Shown here in pieces: positions 1 through 6,808 of a DNA stretch of 27,305 nt. Below the pieces are notes generated by a model. It saw only the letters and a program-made list of their open reading frames with translations. It had not been told where the DNA came from and made no database searches. A program made the translations under genes and the position numbers. The stretch comes from Leptolyngbyaceae cyanobacterium (GTDB lineage Bacteria; Cyanobacteriota; Cyanobacteriia; Phormidesmidales; Phormidesmidaceae). Position 1 is the stretch's first letter; the number at the start of each line of letters is the position of its first letter. The stretch covers positions 1 through 27,305 of the forward strand of contig JBHJHA010000105.1 in NCBI GenBank assembly GCA_050331235.1, given 5' to 3'.

Positions 1-449
1 AATTCCATGATCGGCTGCTTTTGAACCCAGTTCCATCTGGGTATTTTAGTGTCTTCCAAGAAACTGCAAGTGTTGTATTGAATGCCATTCGCAGTGGTCT
101 GATAGTTGACGAGCATACTGTTCCTGATGGAAGCGTTGGAAACTTCTGGGGAAGATACTGGAATGACAATCAGTTTGATGAGAAGTATGGAAAACGGCTT
201 CGTCATCCGCACTTATATCCAAGTTACTTCTCTCAGGCTAGGGCTAATGGGTGCATCAAACCTTTTATCTATCCTTGTAAATCTCTGGGGGAGTTCAGGC
301 AGTGGCTTGATCAAGAGTATATTCCTAATAAGTTTCCTTCTTACCTGAAAAATAAGGCAGCACAAGGAGCTATTTCTTCCGCGAATATCAACAAGTTACT
401 AAAATCTGTTCAGCCTATCCAATTACCTGGAGGAGCAAAAACTGCTTAA
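1..449 (+). CDS. BstA-like phage-defence (abortive infection) protein, C-terminal part; gene starts upstream of the window
   Basis: The frame is open from base 3 (FHDRLLLNPVPSGYFSVFQE...), so TTG at 21 is not the true start. The motif series FHDR..VPxGYFSVFxE..VPDxSVG.xW..YW..KYG.R..H.YPxYFxQA..YP..LGEFRxW..YI..KFxxYL matches the C-terminal domain of BstA-family proteins as I recall it. The region is AT-rich and lacks HIP1. Confidence 0.72.
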   Translation, partial: FHDRLLLNPVPSGYFSVFQETASVVLNAIRSGLIVDEHTVPDGSVGNFWGRYWNDNQFDEKYGKRLRHPHLYPSYFSQARANGCIKPFIYPCKSLGEFRQWLDQEYIPNKFPSYLKNKAAQGAISSANINKLLKSVQPIQLPGGAKTA

Positions 450-450
450 A

Positions 451-816
451 ATGTTTACATGTTTAGTGATGGTGAATCTTCCGATCCCCGATTCAGCGAG
501 CAGCAGCGATACAACAAATTTTCGAATTGCTGAATTTGAATTCGATCCTGGTTGGGTTGTTGGAGAAGAAATACACATCAAAGATGCTTCATTGACAAGA
601 AACCGCCGAGATGGGCATCGTATAAGAAAAGAAACAACGCCTCGTTTTTCCTTTTTGGGACAAGTTATAGGCCGCAGGAAAATCGTTGAGGTCGATTTTC
701 AGGATGAAGGCAACCAAGTTTTTGACAAATATACTCTAGCCATCGAATTAGAGGTGGCAGATAAAGAGCAAATTCCCGACATGGTTGCCAAAATGAATCA
801 GTTCTTTGCTCGGTAG
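451..816 (+). CDS. hypothetical protein (121 aa), apparently co-transcribed with the BstA-like gene
   Basis: ATG lies 1 nt after the upstream TAA. Same AT-rich composition and a plausible soluble-protein composition. No family recognised. Confidence 0.7.
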   Translation: MFTCLVMVNLPIPDSASSSDTTNFRIAEFEFDPGWVVGEEIHIKDASLTRNRRDGHRIRKETTPRFSFLGQVIGRRKIVEVDFQDEGNQVFDKYTLAIELEVADKEQIPDMVAKMNQFFAR

Positions 817-898
817 TTCTGTCGGTTGGCACTGTCTTCTGGCAGAAGTTAGATGTATTAAAAGCGATCGAATGATTGGGTAGAATATCATGCCGTGT

Positions 899-990
899 CC
901 CTGCATCAATATCAACCGATGACTGGGCGTTGGCTTCTCGGAAGGGCGATCGCTTTGCGGGTGTGCTGTTTTTGGGGGGTGCGATCGCGA
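899..990 (+). repeat. HIP1-bounded inter-module repeat, copy 1
   Basis: ccctgcatcaatatcaaccgatgactgggcgttggcttctcggaagg-GCGATCGC(946-953)-tttgcgggtgtgctgtttttggggggt-GCGATCGC(981-988). By manual ungapped alignment it is 55/74 identical to 2511-2584, and 933-972 is 35/40 identical to 1769-1808. Confidence 0.85.
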
Positions 991-1042
991 TCGTTCAGCA
1001 TAGAGACTACAGTATGGGATAGACGCGCGATCGGCCCAAGCC

Positions 1043-1366
1043 ATGAAGCACAAGCAACGCAACGCCATTCTGGAAAGCGTGAAACAATCTCTTCAGACGC
1101 TTTATGGTGAGCAACTGAAGGCGGTAATCCTTTACGGTTCACAAGCGAGAGAAGACGCCCACGAGTTTTCAGACATTGATATTCTCGTGGTCTTAGATTC
1201 TGAAATCAATCCATATCGAGAGATCGATCGCACCAGTGAATTCATCGCCCAGCTTTGTTTAGACAACGACGTGGTGATTTCTCGACACTTCATTTCATCA
1301 GAGAAGTTTCAAAACGCCAGCAACCCGTTTCTTCAAAATATACGTAATGAAGGCATCCCAGTATGA
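1043..1366 (+). CDS. minimal nucleotidyltransferase (MNT) antitoxin of an MNT-HEPN TA system
   Basis: Pol-beta NTase motif LYGSQAREDAHEFSDIDILVV, 107 aa, ending NIRNEGIPV. Its stop overlaps the next start (ATGA, 1363-1366). Confidence 0.9.
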   Translation: MKHKQRNAILESVKQSLQTLYGEQLKAVILYGSQAREDAHEFSDIDILVVLDSEINPYREIDRTSEFIAQLCLDNDVVISRHFISSEKFQNASNPFLQNIRNEGIPV

Positions 1367-1742
1367 GTTCCGAGGTTTAGGCGTTCATCGCCAAAGCCCA
1401 AGACAGTCTGGCCGCATCCAAGCTGCTGACCGTCAACGGCCTGCATGACTTTGCCGCTTCGCGGGCTAATTACACTATGTTTTACATCGCAGAAGCCTTT
1501 CTTTGGCATAAGGGCTTATCATTTTCCAGCCATGCTGCCGTTGTGTCCGCCTTTGGGCGAGAGATTGCCAAGCCAGAGATCGTGCCTATCCAATTTCATC
1601 GGTATCTTTTGACGATCAGGATAGAAGAACCCAAGCCGACTACGAGATTGATGCCGACGCTAAATTGACGGCAGACGACGTTCAGCCACTTATCGAGCAA
1701 AGTGAACAATTTATTCAACTGGCAGAAAGTCTCTTGCTATAA
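1363..1742 (+). pseudogene. HEPN-domain toxin, inactivated by a nonsense codon and a frameshift
   Basis: Reads MSSEV*(TAG 1378-1380)AFIAKAQDSLAASKLL..DFAASRANYTMFYIAEAFL..FSSHAAVVSAFGRE..FHRYL. After a 1-nt frameshift near 1607-1610 it continues DDQDRRTQADYEID..EQSEQFIQLAESLLL* (TAA 1740-1742), typical HEPN motifs. Confidence 0.88.
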
Positions 1743-1768
1743 GACAGGATTCTGACTTTGCTCTCATA

Positions 1769-1822
1769 GCTTCTCGGCATCGCGATCGCGTTGCGGGTGT
1801 GGTGTTTTGGAAGGGCGATGCG
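1769..1822 (+). repeat. HIP1-bounded inter-module repeat, copy 2 (5'-shortened)
   Basis: gcttctcggcatc-GCGATCGC(1782-1789)-gttgcgggtgtggtgttttggaagg-gcgatgcg (degenerate second HIP1). Confidence 0.85.
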
Positions 1823-1890
1823 GCTTGGTGAGAGGAGGGGGGCGTTTTCATAACGGTGCGATAGGATTTACTGAAACATCTCGCACTAAC

Positions 1891-2112
1891 ATGAGCACCG
1901 CTGACACGCTGTATGAACTGGTTAAAACCTTGCCCGAAGAGCAAGCCAACCTCGTGCTGACGTTTGCCGAGTTTCTGCGGCAGCGACTTCAGTCCGATGC
2001 GGGCAAACAGTCAGAACCCCTCACTCAGTATTTCGGTACGCTCAAAAACTCCCCCAACTTCAACGAAGACCCCGTCGAGATCCAGAGAGCGATGCGACGT
2101 GAGTGGGACTAA
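1891..2112 (+). CDS. DUF2281-like antitoxin (VapB role)
   Basis: MSTADTLYELVKTLPEEQANLVLTFAEFL...FGTLK..DPVEIQRAMRREWD fits the typical LPxE..VLxFxEFL and RxEW pattern. It overlaps the downstream PIN gene. ATG at 1891 is preferred to TTG at 1807, which lies inside the repeat. Confidence 0.85.
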   Translation: MSTADTLYELVKTLPEEQANLVLTFAEFLRQRLQSDAGKQSEPLTQYFGTLKNSPNFNEDPVEIQRAMRREWD

Positions 2113-2476
2113 GTTGCTGTTGGATACCAACTTCGCAATCGGCTTGCTTAAAGGCAATGAGACCGTTCAGCAGGTTTTACGCGATCGCCCAATCTCTATT
2201 CAAGACTGCTCCTACAGCTTCATTACCCGAATTGAACTGCTGGGCTTTCCTGCTATTACAAATGCCGAAATCGAAAGCATTGCAACGCTGCTCAGCGCCA
2301 TGAATTACGTACAAATGAGCCAAGCTATTGAAGATGCCACCATTCAGATCCGGCGGCAATATGGCCTCAAAACGCCCGACGCGATTATTGCCGCTACAGC
2401 TAGCGTCCACCATTTAGAGCTACTCACTTTAGACCAACAACTTGCCAACCGGATGTCCGAAATCTCATCACAGTAA
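2099..2476 (+). CDS. vapC: VapC-family PIN-domain toxin
   Basis: A GTG start at 2099 gives MSGTKLLLDTN..SFITRIELLG..LKTPDAIIAATA..LLTLD. The conserved acidic PIN residues are present. Confidence 0.9.
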   Translation: MSGTKLLLDTNFAIGLLKGNETVQQVLRDRPISIQDCSYSFITRIELLGFPAITNAEIESIATLLSAMNYVQMSQAIEDATIQIRRQYGLKTPDAIIAATASVHHLELLTLDQQLANRMSEISSQ

Positions 2477-2510
2477 TCCAAAAGACAGCATCGCCGTTCG
2501 GATAAAAGAC

Positions 2511-2599
2511 CCCTTCATTAATGTCAACAGGAGACTGGGTGTTGGCGGCTTGGCATCGAGCTCGCTGTGCGGTTATGCGGTTTTGGAGGGCGATCGCGA
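2511..2599 (+). repeat. HIP1-bounded inter-module repeat, copy 3 (right border of the accessory block)
   Basis: cccttcattaatgtcaacaggagactgggtgttggcggcttggcatc-gagctcgc-tgtgcggttatgcggttttggagg-GCGATCGC(2590-2597). Collinear with copy 1; the first HIP1 has mutated. Confidence 0.8.
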
Positions 2600-2652
2600 G
2601 GACAATTAAAAACCTGCTCGATATCGGTGCCGAATTAACCCCCATTCATTAT

Positions 2653-4452
2653 TCAGAGCGACTCAAGTGCTTGCACCACGCAGTCGGTTTGGAGCAAGGT
2701 ATATTGCGCCGTTTGATAGGCCACACAGCGATCTCCAAGGGTTTGCAAGGCCGGTATGTTGCCATTCGCCAAGGCCGAAACCGCTTGACCAGCTTCTGGC
2801 TGATACTGCTGAATCCAGCGATCGCGATTCAGGGTGTGAATGTCGAAGGACAGCGGTTCTAACAACCAGTGGGTGACGCCGTATTGCGTAATAAAGTCGC
2901 TGACGACTTGGGGGTCGGCGCTGTATTGAGCTCTAATCAAGTCTCTGGCGCGCTGGCTAATTTCTGCGTAGTAGCCCACATGATAAGGGATGGCGATCTC
3001 CTGGCTGAGCAGCACCGACCGCTGAGCATAGCTGGGAATGTTGCTGGTTTCGACCGAGAGTCCAGCAATGAGGCTATCTTTGGGCTGCTGGGCCAGCACA
3101 CCATAGAGATCTGGAGCGTATCCCTGCGACATAGAGGTGGAAGGATAGTTTTGCATCGTCAGCGGATAGAGCACTACCCCAAGACCGAGAATAATGGTGA
3201 AGCCTAGGGCCAGGGCGGCGAAGCCCAACGAGACTGGCGAGGAGCGAGGTGGCGTCAGTAGGGCGATCGCCCAATTCAGACAGGCGTCGGCCAAAATCAC
3301 GACGACTATGCCCGCAGCAATGACGCCCACCATCAGTAAAAAGCGTCCCGTATAGCGACTGGGCAGATAAAGCTTGAACAAAACGATGTGGGCTGCAAAA
3401 AACCAGAAAAAGGCTGTCAGCAACAGTTTGAGCAACAAATCAAGGTCTCGCGTCACCGACTTGACTAACGGAAATGGGCGGGGCCAGCGCAGCATCAGCG
3501 GCAAACCTAGCGCCAGCAGGTTTGTCACGGGGGTTGTCGCTGTATCGAGGCGTAAGCCACCGCGCCCATAGAGTAAACCCTCCAACCAAGACGGTTTGAA
3601 GAAACTCGCCCGCCCCCCCGCAAAAAACTCAGGCATCATCAAGGCTTGAGCCCGGGTCATCGTGGGGCCAAATTGGCTGGTCGAGAGACCGTAATACAAA
3701 ATTACTGTGGTGGCAATCAGTAAACCCCCAAGGGTGATCTGCCGACGGTGGCGATCGCGCGCCCAGCTCCAGCGGCCTTCCCGTTGTTCTACCAGTCCCA
3801 AAACCAATACCCCTGCCGTAAGCAGTACCGCCTGGGGGTAAAGGATGCCCTGTAGGGCGATCGCGCCCCACGTGAGCCCTCGCGATCGCCGCAGCCAGCC
3901 ATATATAAACAGCAGCATCACCAGGTAAATGAATGCCTTGGAAGTTCCTGAGGCAAGTGTTCCGGTGTATTCCACCGATTGGGTCAGCAGCGCGGCGGTG
4001 ACAAAACCAGCGGCGGGCAACGCGCTAAATTCAAGAACGGTGAGAAAGGCGATCGCCCCAGTGAGGACAATCAATACTGGCGGCAAGAGTTTGCACAGGA
4101 GTAACGGTGAAACGCCCACGACTGCAAATAGTCGATAGATCAACACGTAGCCAATGGGCGACACCGACTGATAGTAGTCAGCGATCCAATCATTGACAAA
4201 CAGATCTGGGTCGGTGAACCGCAGCATCCAAACCACATGCTGGCGTGCATCATCGGCCAAGGCGTAGGGATCGCCAGCGATCTTATTCCAGCCCAGGACG
4301 GCGACCACGGCACTGTAGACCAGCGCTAAGCAAAACCAGACATAGACTCGGGGATGCCTAAGCGATCGCGGGGTCGGGGCCAACCAACGTTGCACTCCCT
4401 TGAGTATAGATACCCCCGAGCGACGGGAAAGGATTTCAGCCACAGCAGTCAA
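2653..4452 (-). CDS. polytopic membrane protein, possibly a GT-C-fold glycosyltransferase
   Basis: 599-aa ORF with about 10 or more hydrophobic segments, an acidic DDARQH motif in the loop after the first TM, and a soluble C-terminal domain. Rich in HIP1. The function is an inference and the TTG start is uncertain. Confidence 0.75.
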   Translation of the reverse strand: MTAVAEILSRRSGVSILKGVQRWLAPTPRSLRHPRVYVWFCLALVYSAVVAVLGWNKIAGDPYALADDARQHVVWMLRFTDPDLFVNDWIADYYQSVSPIGYVLIYRLFAVVGVSPLLLCKLLPPVLIVLTGAIAFLTVLEFSALPAAGFVTAALLTQSVEYTGTLASGTSKAFIYLVMLLFIYGWLRRSRGLTWGAIALQGILYPQAVLLTAGVLVLGLVEQREGRWSWARDRHRRQITLGGLLIATTVILYYGLSTSQFGPTMTRAQALMMPEFFAGGRASFFKPSWLEGLLYGRGGLRLDTATTPVTNLLALGLPLMLRWPRPFPLVKSVTRDLDLLLKLLLTAFFWFFAAHIVLFKLYLPSRYTGRFLLMVGVIAAGIVVVILADACLNWAIALLTPPRSSPVSLGFAALALGFTIILGLGVVLYPLTMQNYPSTSMSQGYAPDLYGVLAQQPKDSLIAGLSVETSNIPSYAQRSVLLSQEIAIPYHVGYYAEISQRARDLIRAQYSADPQVVSDFITQYGVTHWLLEPLSFDIHTLNRDRWIQQYQPEAGQAVSALANGNIPALQTLGDRCVAYQTAQYTLLQTDCVVQALESL

Positions 4453-4515
4453 CCGTCAATAGAATCCAGCCTTCACTTTACTGGACCTGGAGCAACCAGC
4501 AGTGGTCCTGGCCGA

Positions 4516-5760
4516 TCAGGTCGTGTATTCCGCATTGATGCGCACGTAGTCGTAGCTAAAGTCACAGCCCCAGGCAATTCCCTGACCGCTGCCATGGCCC
4601 ACCCCCACGTGAATCGTGACAATGTCTGTTTCCAGATATTTGCCCTGGGTGGTGGTGGTCTTGAGATAGTTGCTGGCGGCAGCCCGATCAAAAGGTTGCG
4701 GTTGACCGTGCTCCATCAGCAAAAAGTCCCCGAGCTGAATACGTAGATCAGATTGCTCAAAGGCGGCCCCCGCCCGGCCTGCCACGGCCGCAATGCGCCC
4801 CCAGTTGGGGTCATGACCAAAAATGGCACACTTTAGCAGCGAAGACCCCGCGATCGCCTTCGCAACTTGCCGCGCGGCGGCATCATCTGCCGCGCCGCTA
4901 ACGGTGACTTCGATCAAACAGGTGGCCCCTTCACCATCCCGGGCGATCGCCTTGGCGAGATGATCACACACCGCTGTGAGCATCGCCTCTAGACGATCAG
5001 CTGCAGGGCCCGGCTCGGTGATGGCCGGGGTGCGCGACTCACCATTAGCTAGGGCCAGCACACAATCATTGGTACTCGTATCACCATCGACAGTGATCTG
5101 GTTAAAACTGTGGGCGATCGCGCGGCTCAGCATTTGCTGCCACAGAGGAGGCGATACCGTGGCATCGCAGGTCACAAAGCCTAGCATGGTCGCCATATTG
5201 GGGTGAATCATGCCGGACCCTTTAGCAATGCCCCCCACCCGCACGGGGCGACCGTCCCAGTCCATCTCTAGGGCAATCGATTTAGCCACCAAATCCGTGG
5301 TGACGATGGCTTGGGCTGCCGCCTCTGATCCTGTTTCTGATAAAGCTGCCGCCGCCTGGGGCAGATTAGCGACCAAAGCATCCATGTTGATCCGCTGCCC
5401 GATCACCCCCGTGGAGGCTACCAATACCGATTCCACTGGCACCTGTAGCGCTTGGGCGGCAGCCTCGCAGGTCGTGATAGCATCTTGCCAGCCTTGGGGG
5501 CCGGTGCAGGCATTGGCCTGCCCGGCATTGACCACTATCGCACGGGCCGATGGCCTGGCTTCTAGCCGTTGCCGACAGTAGTCTACACAGGCAGCACGGA
5601 CCTGGCTCTGGGTATACACGCCTGCGGCGATCGCATCCGTATTAGAAACAATGAGGGCCAGATCTGTAGCCCCCGAGGGTTTTAACCCAGCGGCGATGCC
5701 AGCCGCCCGAAATCCTTTCGGCGCGGTAACGCCGCCATCCACGATGTGCCACTCTGCCAT
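4516..5760 (-). CDS. argJ: bifunctional ornithine acetyltransferase / N-acetylglutamate synthase
   Basis: GGVTAPKGF, NAGQANACTG, STGVIG, AKGSGMIHPNMATML (autocleavage Thr), VDGDTSTND, ARDGEGAT, DPNWGRI, C-terminal INAEYTT. Confidence 0.98.
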   Translation of the reverse strand: MAEWHIVDGGVTAPKGFRAAGIAAGLKPSGATDLALIVSNTDAIAAGVYTQSQVRAACVDYCRQRLEARPSARAIVVNAGQANACTGPQGWQDAITTCEAAAQALQVPVESVLVASTGVIGQRINMDALVANLPQAAAALSETGSEAAAQAIVTTDLVAKSIALEMDWDGRPVRVGGIAKGSGMIHPNMATMLGFVTCDATVSPPLWQQMLSRAIAHSFNQITVDGDTSTNDCVLALANGESRTPAITEPGPAADRLEAMLTAVCDHLAKAIARDGEGATCLIEVTVSGAADDAAARQVAKAIAGSSLLKCAIFGHDPNWGRIAAVAGRAGAAFEQSDLRIQLGDFLLMEHGQPQPFDRAAASNYLKTTTTQGKYLETDIVTIHVGVGHGSGQGIAWGCDFSYDYVRINAEYTT

Positions 5761-5798
5761 GTTGGTTTGTTCTCGGCTGACTGCTCCTGCGAGCCCTG

Positions 5799-5804
5799 AT
5801 TATA
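5799..5804 (-). promoter_or_regulatory. candidate -10 box for argJ
   Basis: Perfect TATAAT on the minus strand, 39-44 nt upstream of the argJ ATG. Confidence 0.4.
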
Positions 5805-5973
5805 TAGCGTCCCTAGGGAGACCTGGTGTGTCGAGCAGGCAAAATTAATTGGAGCCCTTTTTCTAAAGCGTGGCAGGAGGAAAAGATGATGCGGGCAAGC
5901 AGCCAGCCGAGACATGAAATGCAACATTTTCAAGAGCTGAGTTAACGTTTCCATAAACTTTAGTTTCAAGGAA

Positions 5974-6001
5974 TTGATATCCGGTTTTTAGGGCTTATAT
6001 T
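5974..6001 (+). promoter_or_regulatory. candidate sigma70-type promoter
   Basis: TTGATA (5974-5979), 16-nt spacer, TATATT (5996-6001), directly upstream of the hairpin-rich region. Confidence 0.35.
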
Positions 6002-6100
6002 AGTAGTCAAGGAGTCAAATACTCCGGTTTCAAATCGAAAGATCAGTTCACGTTAAATAGGAGGTTGATATCGATTTAACGTCTGATTCGGTTTCGTCAA

Positions 6101-6272
6101 CGATAGCAGCATCCAATCAGGTTTTTGATATTTCCTAGAATCAGTTAAAAAGGAAGCTACGCAGCAGACTCAGCTATGCCACACAGCTCTCAACAGGGTC
6201 TATGCCGTCTTCATATAGGCTGTTACAATGTTAGGAAATTCCTCAAATTAACCGATCTGGATGCTGCTGTCG
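6101..6272 (+). ncRNA. candidate structured non-coding RNA (long irregular rod hairpin), family unidentified
   Basis: 6101-6115 pairs with 6258-6272 (15 bp, one U-G). Pairing continues with small bulges through 6141/6228, and there are further inner stems. Wobble pairs favour the + strand. No ORF. Confidence 0.4.
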
Positions 6273-6808
6273 CGTTTGTCTAATTGACCTAGTTTTTCTA
6301 TCAGATATTCGATCACAAAAATTGGGTTTACCAGGCCGCGACAAATGCTAATTAGCCTATCGATTTGCCTCTAATTAAACAGCCTTTTATCTCTGTTGAT
6401 GGCAGCTAGACTGTTTACATTTTTCATCCAGGCAGAGGCGGCTCAGAGCTTTGCATCCAGCAAAAGCTTGAATTACCATTCTCTGGTTTGGCAAAGTACG
6501 ACGGTTAAAAGAGCCAAAAGTAGCCTATTCCCATCGTTGTCACAGCTCAACTGGAGGCCAAGGTCGTGACTCATCGGGATGACCACTGCCTGTCCGCTGT
6601 CCTCGCCTGAGAGATGCTTTGTAAACGCGATCGCGCCAAACCCTTCGAGCTATTCACATTTGATGAATGAATCGATGGCGCTCTTGCTGCTGCGGGTGAC
6701 TTTATCGTAGGCATCGGCTATGCCCTATGAGCGATGTCTAGTCTCTACTCTTGCCAGAAACTAGATTGATACTGTCCAGCTTGGGAGTTTCAAGGTTTAT
6801 AGGGATTT

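Noticed and set aside
1807..2098. Longer ORF-track starts for the antitoxin (1807) and VapC (1964)
   Set aside because: The extensions run through the repeat or overlap the antitoxin. Family-like sequence begins at ATG 1891 and GTG 2099.
899..2599. Inter-module repeats as integron attC sites or a CRISPR array
   Set aside because: There are no consistent RYYYAAC/GTTRRRY ends or long attC-type palindrome. Copies are ~0.7-0.8 kb apart and separated by genes, not short spacers. No intI or cas gene is in view.
5682..5969. 95-aa minus-strand ORF overlapping the argJ start
   Set aside because: It overlaps argJ out of frame, has no recognisable motif and starts with TTG. Probably spurious.
5860..5970. 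Minus-strand words ATGGAAAC...ATGTCTCGGCTG reminiscent of the cyanobacterial sRNA PsrR1
   Set aside because: The resemblance is from memory only, the spacing seems longer, and I see no HLR1/RpaB direct repeat upstream and no clear terminator. It needs a covariance-model search.
6485..6530. GGCAAA-containing stem upstream of the diguanylate cyclase as a c-di-GMP-I riboswitch
   Set aside because: It lacks the GNRA-capped P2 stem and the following conserved GCAAA/receptor arrangement.
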